From Centroscyllium fabricii (lineage: Eukaryota): a DNA stretch of 64,000 nt. The notes under the pieces are model-generated. The model saw nothing but the letters and a program-made list of their open reading frames with translations, was not told the origin of the DNA and made no database searches. Of this stretch, positions 25,601 through 36,974 are shown piece by piece. The stretch is taken from NCBI GenBank assembly GCA_051313645.2, contig JBNRSN020000904.1, forward strand, positions 1-64,000, written 5' to 3'. Within the stretch, counting starts at the first letter, position 1; every line of letters begins with the position of its first letter. A program made the translations under genes and the position numbers.

Positions 25601-28600
25601 AATGAGGACCTGTGAGAGTCGATTCACAATGAGGACCTGTGAGAGACCATTCACAATGAGGACCTGTAAGAGTCTATTAACAATGAGAACCTGTGAGAGA
25701 CCATTCACAATGGGGTCCTGTGAGAGACCATTCACAATGAGGACCTGTAAGAGTCCATTCACAATGGGGACCTGTGAGAGTCCATTCACAATGGGGACCT
25801 GTGACCATCTATTCAGAGTGAGGACCTGTGAGAGTCCATTCACAATGGGGACCTGTGAGAGTCCATTCACAATGGGGACCTGTGAGAGACCATTCACAAT
25901 GAGGACCTGTGAGAGTCCATTCACAATGGGGACCTGTGACCATCTATTCAGAGTGAGGACCTGTGAGAGTCCATTCACAATGGGGACCTGTGAGAGTCCA
26001 TTCAAAATGGGGACCTGTGAGAGTCCATTCACAATGAGGACCTGTGAGAGACCATTCACAATGAGGACCTGTGAGAGTCTATTAACAATGAGAACCTGTG
26101 AGAGACCATTCACAATGAGGACCTGTAAGAGTCTATTAACAATGAGAACCTGTGAGAGACCATTCACAATGGGGACCTGTGAGAGACCATTCACAATGAG
26201 GACCTGTGAGAGTCCATTCACAATGGGGACCTGTGACCATCTATTCAGAGTGAGGACCTGTGAGAGTCCATTCACAATGGGGACCTGTGAGAGTCCATTC
26301 AAAATGGGGACCTGTGAGAGTCCATTCACAATGAGGACCTGTGAGAGTCTATTAACAATGAGAACCTGTGAGAGTCCATTCCCAATGGGGGCCTATGAGA
26401 ATCCATTCACAATGGGGACCTGTGAGAGTCCATTCACAATGGGGACTTGTGAGAATCCATTCACAATGGGGACCTGTGAGAGTCCATTCACAATGGGGAC
26501 CTGTGAGAATCCATTCACAATGGGGACCTGTGAGAGTCCATTCCCAATGGGGGCCTATCAGAATCCATTCACAATGGGCACCTGTGAGAGTCCATTCACA
26601 ATGGGGACCTGTGAGAATCCATTCACAATGGGGTCCTGGAAGAGTCCATTCACAATGGGGACCAGTGAGTGTCCATTCACAATGGGCACCTGTGAGATTC
26701 CATTCACAATGGAGACCTGTGAGAGTCCATTCACAGTAGGGACCTGTGAGTGTCCATTCACAATGAGGACCTGTGAGAATCCATTCACAATGGGGACCTG
26801 TGAGAGTCCATTCACAATGAGGACCTCTGAGAGTCCATTCACAATGGGGACCTGAGAGAGTTCATTAACAATGAGGACCTGTGAGAGTCCAGTCCATTCA
26901 CAATGATGACCTGTGAGAGTCCATTCACAATGAGGACGTGTGAGAGTCCATTCACAATGAGGACCCGTGAGAGTCCATTCACAATGGGGACCTGTGAGAG
27001 TCCATTCACAATGATGACCTGTGAGAGTCCATTCACAATGGAGACCTGTGAGAGTCTATTCACAATGAGGACCTGTGAGAGTCCATTCACAATGAGGACC
27101 CGTGAGAGTCCATTCACAGTGGGGACATGTGAGAGTCCATTCACAATGGGGACCTGTGAGAATCCATTCACAATGGGGACCTGTGAGAGTCCATTCACAA
27201 TGAGGACCTTTGAGAGTCCAGTCCATTCACAATGATGACTTGTGAGAGTCCATTTACAATGAGGACATGTGAGAATCCATTAACAATGAGGACGTGTGAG
27301 AGTCCAATCACAATGAGGACCTGTGAGAGTCCATTCACAATGAGGACCTGTGAGAGTCCATTCACAATGGGGACCAGTGAGGGTCCATTCACAATGGGGA
27401 CCAGCGAGTGTCCATTCACAATGGGGACCTGTGAGATTCCATTCACAATGGAGACCTGTGAGAGTCCATTCACAATGAGGACCTGTGAGAGTCCATTCAC
27501 AATGGGGACCTGTGAGAATTCATTCACAATGGTGACCTGTGAGAGTCCATTCACAATGAGGACCTGTGAGTGTCCATTCACAATGGGGACCTGTGAGAGT
27601 CCATTCACAATGGAGACCTGTGAGAGTCCATTCACAATGAGGACCTGTGAGAGTCCATTCACAATGAGGACCTTTGAGCGTCTATTCACAATGGGGACCA
27701 GTGAGGGTCCATTCACAATGGGGACCAGCGAGTGTCCATTGACAATGGGGACCTCTGAGATTCCATTCACAATGGAGACCTGTGAGAATCCATTCACAAT
27801 TTGGACTGTGAGAGTCCATTCACAATGAGGACCTGTGAGAGTCCATTCACAATGAGGCCATGTGAGAATCCATTCACAATGGAGACCTGTGAGAATCCAT
27901 TCATAATGAGGTCCTGTGAGATTCCATTCACAATGAGGACCTCTGAGAGTCCATTCACAATGAGGACCTGTGAGAGTCCATTCACAATGGGGACCTGTGA
28001 GAGTCCTTTCACAATGAGGACCTGTGAGATTCCATTCACTATGAGGACCTCTGAGAGTCCATTCACAATGGGGACCTGTGAGAGTCCTTTCACAATGAGG
28101 ACCTGTGAGAGTCCATTCACAATGAGGACCTGTGAGAGTCCATTCTCAATGGGGACCTGTGAGAATCCATTCACAATGAGGACCTGTGAGAGTCCATTCA
28201 AAATGAGGATCTGTGAGAGTCCATTCACAAGGGAGACCTGTGAGAGTCTATTCACAATGAGGATCTGTGAGAGTCCATTCACAATGGGGACCCTTGAGAT
28301 TCCATTCACAATGGGGACCTATGAGAGTCCATTCACAATGTGGACCTGTGAGGGTCCATTCAAAATGAGGACCTGTGAGAGTCCATTCACAATGGGGACC
28401 TGTGAGAGTCCATTCACAATGGGGACCTATGAGAGTCCATTCACAATGAGGACCTGTGAGAGTCCATTCACAATGGTGACCTGTGAGAATCCATTCACAA
28501 TGGGGACCTGTGAGAGTCCATTCACATTGAGGACCTGTGAGAATCCATTCACAATGAGGACCTGTGAGAGTCCATTCACAATGGTGACCTGTGAGAGTCC

Positions 28601-29420
28601 ATTCACAATGGGGACCTGTGAGAGTCCATTCACCATGTGGACCTGTGAGAATCCATTCACAATGGGGACCTGTGAGAGTCCATTCACCATGTGGACCTGT
28701 GAGAATCCATTCACAATGAGGACCTGGGAGAGTCCATTGAGAAGTTGGACCTGTGAGAGTCCATTCACAATGTGTACCTGTGAGAGTCTATTCACAATGA
28801 GGATCTGTGAGAGTCCATTCACAATACGGACCTGTGAGAATCCATTCACAATGAGGACCTGTGAGAGTCCATTCACAATGGGGACCTGTGAGAGTCCATT
28901 CACAATGGGGACCTGTGAGAATCCATTCACAATGAGGACGTGTGAGAGTCCATTCACAATGAAGACCTGTGAGAGTCCATTCACAATGTGGACCTGCGAG
29001 ATTCCATTCACAATGAGGACCTGTGAGAGTCTATTCAGAATTTGGACCTGTGAGGGTCCATTCACAATGAGGATCTGTGAGATTCCATCCACAATGGGGA
29101 CCTGTGAGAATCCATTCAGAATTTGGACCTGTGAGAGTCCATTCACAATGAGGACCTGTGAGAATCCATTCACAATGAGGACCTGTGAGAGTCCATTCAC
29201 AATGAGGAAAAGTGAGAGTATATTAAGAATGAGGACCTGTGAGAGTCCATTCACAATGAGGACCTATGAGAGTCCATTCACAATGTGGAAAAGTGAGAGT
29301 CCATTAAGAATGAGGACCTGTGAGAGTCCATTCACAATGAGGACCTATGAGAGTCCATTTACAATGAGGAAAAGTGAGAGTCCATTCACAATGAGGATCT
29401 GTGAGAGTCCATTCACAATG
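10630..29420. repeat. 27-bp satellite array, about 640 units, with higher-order duplications
   Basis: Consensus GAGAGTCCATTCACAATG(G/A)GGACCTGT; interrupted only at 18216-19614. Confidence 0.98.
18216..19614 (-). mobile_element. Young 5'-truncated CR1 LINE inserted in the satellite
   Basis: Uninterrupted RT frame (GNYRPVSLTS, DFSKAFDKVPH, GVPQGSVLGP, KFADD); TSD GGTCTT at 18210-18215 and 19615-19620; TCTATTG-type tail. Confidence 0.95.
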
Positions 29421-31926
29421 TGATCTCCCGGGAGATGCGAAAAACCAGATAAAAACCCCAGTGGCCAATTTGGGAGAAAAAAATCTGGGAAATTCCTCTC
29501 CGACCCATCTAGGCGATCGAAACTTGTCCAGGAGATCACATGGCCAATCTGAACCAAGCCTCACATTCACTTACCTGCCCGCTCACCGTAACCCCTAATT
29601 ACCTTTAGTTTCAAGAAACTGTCAATCTCGGTTTTAAATTTATTTAATGTCCCAGCTTCCACAGCTCTCTGGGGCAGCAAATTCCACAGCCGCACCACCC
29701 TCTGAGTGAAGAAGTTCCTCCTCATCTCAGTTTTGAAAGGGCAGCCCCTTATTCTCAGATTATGCCCCTGATACCGTATCAATGACCTCGGAGACGAGAA
29801 GTTACGAGGTGAACAAAGGCTTTTATTCGCTAAAGGTTGGGCATGCACCAGCTAGTCGACTGCTCCCGGAATGAATGTGGGGAGGGAGACAGTCACCTTT
29901 CTACCTGTCCTGGGAGGAGGAGTCACAGGCGGGGTTAGCATGGGCATGCCCAGACAAGCAGTACACACAGAACTATATACAGTATTACAGGCCATGGATA
30001 TATACACAAAGTGGTTTACCACATTCACCCCTTGTTAAAAAACAAAGTCCTGGCGGGGCGAATGCAGTGCAGTCCTTAAAGATTAAGCCTGTCGGGCGGC
30101 CTGGTCTGCCTCGTCGAGCGGCGCACCGCTGTTGGTGGAGTCGGCGACAGCGGGGTCGGCGAGGGCGTTCGATCCAATGCTTGGCCCCTTGCGGTAACAA
30201 TCAGGGGCGCGCTCTCCCATTCGTCATCCGGCTGGCGGGTGCGTAGATTAGGGGGCCGTACTGTGCTGCCTGCAGGTGCTGGGTGGGCATACCGTGGTGC
30301 TGGTGCCTCGTGGGGAGCAGCGTACCGTGGTGCCGGTGCCCAAAAGGTGGCGGTAGGCGGGGGGGGGGGGGGGGGGGGGCTGCGGGCTGATGGGTCGTAC
30401 TGGTCTCGGGGGCACCCGCGGGTGCCAGGTCCTTGATGGACACCGTATCCTACCTCCCGTCGGGGTACGCCACGTAGGCGTACTGGGGGTTGGCATGCAG
30501 GAGGTGGACCTGTTCGACCAGGGGGTCCGACTTATGGCCCCTCACGTGCCTCCGGAGCAGGATGGGTCCTGGGGACAATAGCCTTGACGGCAGCGAGGTC
30601 CCTGAAGCCGACTTCCTAGGGAAGGCAAAAAGTCGCTCGTGAGGGGTGGCGTTAGTGGCCATACATAAAAGTGACCGAATGGAGTGGAGCGCTTCGGGGA
30701 GGACGTCCTGCCAGCGGGAGACTGGGAGGCCTTTAGACCGTAGGGCTAACAGGATGGCCTTCCAGACCGTGGCGTTCTCCCTCTCTACCTGTCCGTTCCC
30801 CCGGGGGTTATAGCTGGTAGTCCTGCTGGTAGCGATGCCTTTGGCTAGCAGAAACTGACGCAGCTCGTCACTCATAAAAGAGGCCCCCCGGTCGCTATGG
30901 ATGTAGCTGGGGTAGCCGAACAGGGAGAAGATGCTGTGCAGTGCCCTGATGACCGTGGAGGAGGTCATGTCCGGGCAGGGGATGGCGAAGGGGAAACGTG
31001 AGTACACGTCAATGACGTTTAAGAAGTACACGTTTCGGTTGGACGAGGGGAGGGGCCCTTTAAAGTCGACACTGAGTCGCTCAAAGGGGCGGGTGGCCTT
31101 GATCAGGTGTGCCCGGTCCGGCCAGAAGAAGTGCGGCTTGCACTCCGCACAGACCCGGCAGTTCCTGGTCATGGTCTTGACCTCCTCGATGGAGATGGGG
31201 AGGTTGCGGGACTTAACGAAATGGACCAACCTGGTGACCCCCGGGTGGCAGAGGTCGTTGTGCAGGGCCTGGAGACGGTTCACTTGTGCGCTGGCACATG
31301 TACCGTGGGACAGGGCATCTGGGGGCTCATTGAATTTCCCGGGCCGGTACAAGATATCATAATTGAAAGTGGAGAGTTCGATTCTCCAGCTCAGTATCTT
31401 GTCATTCTTGATTTTACCCCGCTCTTTGTTGTTGAACATGAACGCGACTGAGCGTTGGTCAGTCAGCAGGGTAAATCGTTTACCGGCCAGTTAGAGCTTC
31501 CAGTGTCGCACTGCTTCAACAATGGCCTGGGCCTCCTTCTCCACGGAAGAGTGTCGGGTCTCGGGGCCCTGGAGGGTGCGCGAGAAGAAGGCCACGGGTC
31601 TACCCGCCTGGTTAAGGGTGGCGGCCAGGGCAAAGTCGGACGCATCGCTCTCTACCTGGAACGGGACGGCCTCATCCACAGCGTGCATCGCGGCCTTTGC
31701 AATGTCTTGTTTTATGCCGCAGAAGGCCGTGCGGGCCTCTGCCGACAGGGGAAAGGAGGTTGATTTGAGTAGTGGGCAGGCTTTGTCCGCATAATTGGGG
31801 ACCCACTGGGCATAATAAGAAAAGAACCCCAGGCACCTTTTCAGGGCCTTGAGGGAGTGGGGGAAGGGGAGCTCCAGGAGGGGGCGCATGCGGTCCGGGT
31901 CGGGACCGATGACCCCATTCTCCACA

Positions 31927-32350
31927 ACTCGTTGGAGTTTAGAAGATTGAGAGGCGATCTCATTGAGACGTATAAAATTCTGAAAGGTCTGGACAGGTTA
32001 GACTCAGAGAGAATGTTTCCAATGGCAGGGGAGTCCAGAACCAGGGGCCACGGTCTAAGAATAAGGGGTAAGCCATTTAGGACAGACATGAGGAAGAATT
32101 TCTTCACTCAGAGAGTGGTGGGCCTGTGGAATTCCTTGCCACAGAGGGCGGTGGAGGCCAGTTCATTAAACATATTCAAGAGGGAATTGGATATATTTCT
32201 TCAAGCTAAAGTGATTAAAGGTTACGGAGAAAAGGCGGGGACGGGGTACTAGCTTGCTAAAGATCAGCCATGATCTCATTGAATGGCGGAGCAGGCTCGA
32301 AGGGCTGAATGGCCTACTCCTGCTCCTATCTTCTATGATTCTATGATTCT
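31927..32350 (+). mobile_element. CR1 3' end inserted in the Gypsy RT
   Basis: LEFRRLRGDLIETYK..; (TTCTATGA)n tail; separates LAILGSV from ENGVIGPDPD. Confidence 0.9.
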
Positions 32351-34275
32351 ATGATAACACTGCCGAGGATGGCGAGGCGGGTTGTCCTGAACACACATTT
32401 GTCCGTGTTATAGGTCAGGTTCAGATTTTTGGCGGTGTGGAGAAATTTCTGGAGGTTGGTGTTGTGGTCCTGCTGGTCGTGGCCGCAGATGGTCACATTA
32501 TCAAGATACGGAAAGGTGGCCCGCAGTCCGTACTGATCAACTATTCGGTCCATCTCTCTTTGGAAGACCGAGACCCCGTTGGTGACACCAAACGGAACCC
32601 TGAGGAAGTGATAGAGGCGGCCGTCTGCCTCGAAAGCAGTATAGTGGCGGTCCTCTGAGCGGATGGGGAGCTGGTGGTACGCAGACTTCAGATCGATGGT
32701 CGAGAAGACCCGATACTGGGCGATCTGGTTCACCATATCCGCTATGCGGGGGAGGGGATACACATCCAGTTGCGTAAACCGGTTAATGGTCTGACTGTAG
32801 TCCACAACCATCCGCTGTTTGGCTCCGGTCTTCACAACCACTACCTGCGCCCTCCATGGGCTATTACTGGCCTCGATGACCCCCTCCTTCAGGAGCCGCT
32901 TCACCTCAGACTTGATGAAGTCTCTGTCCCCGGTACTGTAGCACCTACCTTTGGTGGCGACGGGCTTGCAGTCCGGGGTGAGGTTGGTGAAGAGCGAGGG
33001 GGTTGACCTTAAGGGTCGAGAGGCCGCAGGTAGCGCGCTGTGGGTACTGCGGGGAGTGCTGGTTGCTGACCGTGAGCGGGGGAAGGGGCCCACCGTACGC
33101 CACAGTCATGCTCTAGAGGTGACATTGGAAGTCGAGGCCCAGCAGTAAGGGAGCGCAGAGCTGCGGCAGCACGAATACTTTAAAATTCTGGAAGTGCACG
33201 CCCCGCACTGTCAGGGTCACTACGCAGCGACCGCAGACATCCGCAGATTTGGACTTAGATGCCATCGAGATTTTTTGGGTAGCCGGTATGACTGTAAGGG
33301 AGAAGCGCTTTACCGTATCTGGGTGGATGAAGCTCGCCGTGCTCCCGCTGTTGAAAAGGCAATCCGTACTCCGCCCGTTCACCTGCACCATCATCATCGA
33401 TTTGCTCAGAGGCTGGCTCCTGTTCTGGTCGAGTGTGATGGAGGCCAGTATCGGGTCGGTCGAGTTGGTTGAGATGTCTGGGGCCTGGTCCCAAGATGGC
33501 TGCCGCCACGCGGCGTGCTGTGTGGAAGATGGTCGTGTCCAAGATGGCTGCCCCCACGGCCCACACACGGCGCTGCCCGGTTTGGAGGACGGTTTTGCCG
33601 CTGCTCTGCAGACCTTTGCGTAGTGGCCCTTCTTACCGCACTTAGAGCAGGCCGCGTCTCTCGCTGGGCAATTTCGCCTGGGGTGCTGGGCCTGGCCGCA
33701 GAAGTAGCATTTAGGCCCTTTTGGGGTCGTAGCCGCAGTCATCTCTTCCGCCGGTCGCAGTGTGGCCGGCTGTGTCCAAGATGGCGGCGTCCGCGATGTG
33801 CCCGCGTGGTCGCCCGAGTAAGAGGACATATTATGGGACGCCAAGTCCAGCGTGTTCCCAAGTTCAATTGTCGCCGTCAGGTCCATACCATTCTGCTCCA
33901 ACAGTCTCTGGCGGATATAATCGGACCTGAGGCCAGTCACATAGGCGTCCCTGATGAGACTGTCCGAGTGCACCAAGGCTGTCTGTGACTTACAGTTGCA
34001 GGCCTGGCAGGGGACCCTCAGCGCTTGTAGGAACTCCACGCTCGATTCCCCGGGTTGTTGCTTTCTGGTGGCCAGGAGGTGTCTGGCGTGGACGATGTTC
34101 AGTGCCCAGGTATACTCGCCCTTCAGGATTCGGGCCGCCTCTATGTAGGATGTAGCATCCGCGATTATAGAGTAGACTTGGGGGCCCACCCGGGCGTTGA
34201 GAAGGCGCAGCTTGTCCTTGTCCGTCTGGACAATCGCCGCGGTGGCTTCGAGGTGTGCCTCAAAGCAGCTGAACC

Positions 34276-35198
34276 TGTAACGGTTTGGTGGTGGGGCCCA
34301 AATGCAAGACACCGGAAGTCAATCTAGCATTAAGATTCCTTTAATTCTCCAAACAATATATACACAAAGTCAATTATTACAATACAAAGATAAACGACAT
34401 TCATAATACGCTTCGGACCCCCAGCGAAGAGCATCAAAGAGTTAGGAACTAGAACAAGTTTTCCTCTGTGAGTAGAACCCTTTACAACGACTACTTCATC
34501 AGAGAGTTTTAGGAACAGAACAAGTTTTCTTCTGTGAGCAGAACCCTTTACAACGACTGCTTCATCAGAGAGTAGGAACTGGAACAAGTTTTCTTCTGTG
34601 AGTAGAACCCTTTACAACGACTACTTCATCAGAGTGTTTTAGGAACAGAACAAGTTTTCTTCTGTGAGCAGAATCCTTTACAACGACTGCTTCATCAGAG
34701 AGTAGGAACTGGAACAAGTTTTCTTCTGTGAGCAGAACCCTTTACAACGACTGCTTCATCAGAGAGCTTTATAATAACAGAATTAATGTCCAAACCTGAG
34801 TTCAGGTGATAGAGAGCAATGTCCAGAATGCAGAAACAGGAATTCTCCAGGGTCCGCTCCACCGAGGAGACTAACTCCAACAGAGCCTTCAGCAGGAGAA
34901 TCCATTTCTTCTACAAGCAGTTTCACCCCACTACACGACTGCCTCCTCAGAGCTAGGACAGCACATCTGTTTCCTAGTAGTAGATTTAACGATCCGGCAA
35001 TCTCCTGGTGTCAACCCAAGGCTTATATACAGCTCAAGCTAAATTGATTGATTAGCTCTGTCCCCTTAATTGCATGCAATAATAAACGAGGTACAATTTA
35101 GCTGTATTCACTGGAAAACGAGGTATAATGAATTTAAACAGAGAAAAGACCACAGAATTTAAAGATGGAATCCTTAAAGGAGAATTCCATCTATGACA
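34276..35198 (-). mobile_element. 923-bp solo LTR inserted in gag
   Basis: TG..CA ends, perfect TSD GAACC (34271-34275, 35199-35203); removing it restores gag SHWF-SCFEAH; TATATAA near 35025 and ATTAAA near 34340 on the minus strand. Confidence 0.85.
34444..34766. repeat. Tandem repeat with alternating 67/63-bp units inside the LTR
   Basis: AGGAAC starts at 34444,34511,34574,34641,34704. Confidence 0.9.
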
Positions 35199-35530
35199 GA
35201 ACCAGTGCGAAGACGTGTTAGAGGCGCCTGGTGTTTGGGGATCCAGTTCTAACGTCGCTGGTTTTAGCATGGTCTCCATGATTAATTTAGCGAATAAAAT
35301 TGATACCGTATCAATGACCTCGGAGATGAGAAGTTACGAGGTGAATAAAGGCTTTTATTCACTAAAGGTTGGGCATGCACCAGCTAGTCGACTGCTCCCG
35401 GAATGAGTGGGGGGAGGGAGACAGTCACCTTTATACCGGTCCTGGGAGGAGGAGTCACAGGCAGGGTTAGCATGGGCATGCCCAGACAAACAGTACACAC
35501 AGAATTATAGACAATATTACAGGTCATGGA

Positions 35531-35759
35531 TGATGTGACATAAGCGACTTACACATCAAATACTTTAAGCAAAGCTTTAATCAGCTATTTACAGAGTTGA
35601 GAGTTTTAACATATTTACATGGAGAAGCATTATCTCAGACTGAATAGCAGCAGAATTTATACTACTACACAGGAAGTGACATGTACAGGAAGTGATGTCA
35701 CTGGAAGTTCATAAGCAGAGTTCATCCGACTTCCTGCCGGAAGTCTCAATATCATTACA
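35531..35759 (-). mobile_element. Solo LTR inserted in the 5' LTR of the Gypsy
   Basis: Absent from the 3' LTR; TG..CA ends; TSD ATGGA/TTGGA. Confidence 0.75.
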
Positions 35760-36377
35760 TTGGATATATACACAAAGTGGTTTACCACAGCCCCCTAGTT
35801 CTAGTCTCACCCATCAGTGGAAACATCCTCACCGCATCCACCCAATCAAGCCCCTTCACAATCTTATATGTTTCGATAAGATCGCCTCTCACTCTTCTGA
35901 ACTCCAATGAGTAGAGGCCCAATCTACTCAACCTTTCCTCATAAGTCAACCCCCTCATCTCCGGAATCAACCGAGTGAACCTTCTCTGAACTGCCTCGAG
36001 AGCAAGTATATCCTTTCTCAAATATGGAAACCAAACCAGTACGCAGTATTTCAGGTGTGGCCTCACCAGTACCCTGTATAACTGCAGCAAGACTTCCCTG
36101 TTTTTATAGTCCATCCCCCTTGCAATAAAGGCCAAGATTCCATTGGCCTTCCTGATCACCTGCTGTACCTGCAGACTAACCTTCTGTGTTTCCTGCACCA
36201 GGACCCCCAGACCCCTTTGTACTTTAGAACTTTGAAGTTTCTCTCCATTCAGATAATAATTTGCTCTTTGTTCAGATGATCCGCTTCTAACTTCAAAGCA
36301 TTTTACAACATGTTTCATAACCTTTTCTGTGTTCAGTTTTTAAACTAACACAATTCCAACATGATTTTTCAAACAGA

Positions 36378-36388
36378 TTTATTTTATT
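36378..36388 (-). terminator. Overlapping AATAAA polyadenylation signals of alpha-tubulin
   Basis: TTTATTTTATT on plus strand, about 115 nt downstream of the stop in an AT-rich 3' UTR. Confidence 0.65.
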
Positions 36389-36499
36389 GATAATTAGTCA
36401 CAATGTGAAATTATTTTTTTTACTTTAAATTAATAAGTCATTTTGTAACATAAATCTAAAATTTAGTTTAACGCTTTTCACTTTCTAAATTAATAAATC

Positions 36500-36799
36500 T
36501 TATTCTTCCTCCTCCTCCGCCTTTTTGTCGAGATCGGCAGAATCGACCCCCACCTCTTCGTAATCCTTCTCGAGGGAGGCCATATCCTCCCGTGCGTCCT
36601 GGAACTCGCCTTCCTCCAGCCCCTCTCCCACGTACCAGTGGACGAAGGCCCGCTTGGCGTACATCTTGTCGAATTTGAGGTTGAGGCGGGTCCAGGCCGC
36701 GGAAATGGCGGTGGTGTTGCCGAGCATACAGACGGCGCGCTGCACCTTGGCCAGGTCGCCCCCTGGCACCACTGTCGGGGGCTGGTAGTTGATGCCCAC
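36500..36799 (-). CDS. TUBA: Alpha-tubulin exon 5 (aa 353-451 plus TAA)
   Basis: cag|GTG acceptor; [43 protein letters not shown]. Confidence 0.96.
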   Translation of the reverse strand: MGINYQPPTVVPGGDLAKVQRAVCMLGNTTAISAAWTRLNLKFDKMYAKRAFVHWYVGEGLEEGEFQDAREDMASLEKDYEEVGVDSADLDKKAEEEEE

Positions 36800-36974
36800 C
36801 TGTGGTGGGGGGGGGGGGGCGATGGGGGTTAAGAGAATACGTTAGATTTCAGTTACACAGAAAGAAGCTTCAGAATCACATCTATTGGCCGCCAAATATT
36901 TCAGAAAGATAAATTTATGAATGAGTTTGTGTCTTTCACTGTACAGAAACTAGCATGGTCGTTGCGCATTTTGA

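Larger units (their letters stand above)
29769..35789 (-). mobile_element. Full-length but disrupted Ty3/Gypsy LTR retrotransposon
   Basis: LTRs 29769-30023 and 35301-35789; 5-bp TSD GCCCC; PPT at 30024-30036; gag from ATG 35279 with two CCHC knuckles; protease LFNSGS; RT YLDN; RNase H ESDASD; integrase SDRG/GNGQVER; stops, frameshifts and three nested insertions. Confidence 0.95.
29545..36270 (-). mobile_element. CR1 3' fragment (29545-29768 plus 35790-36270) split by the Gypsy element
   Basis: ORF 35782..36318 ends ETRTRG and continues as HNLRIRGCPFKTEMRRNFF at 29763 and below. Confidence 0.88.

Noticed and set aside
10405-29423. Very long ORFs (up to 1615 aa) of MRTCESPFT / IVNGLSQVL repeats as protein genes
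   Set aside because: Consequence of a stop-free 27-bp (9-codon) monomer; open on both strands, broken by indels, no unique domains or splice context
29500-29535. Hammerhead ribozyme at CGAAACTTGTC
   Set aside because: No upstream CTGANGA box or stem II found
34444-34766. CRISPR-like regularly spaced repeats
   Set aside because: No unique spacers; plain tandem repeat in a eukaryotic LTR; no cas genes
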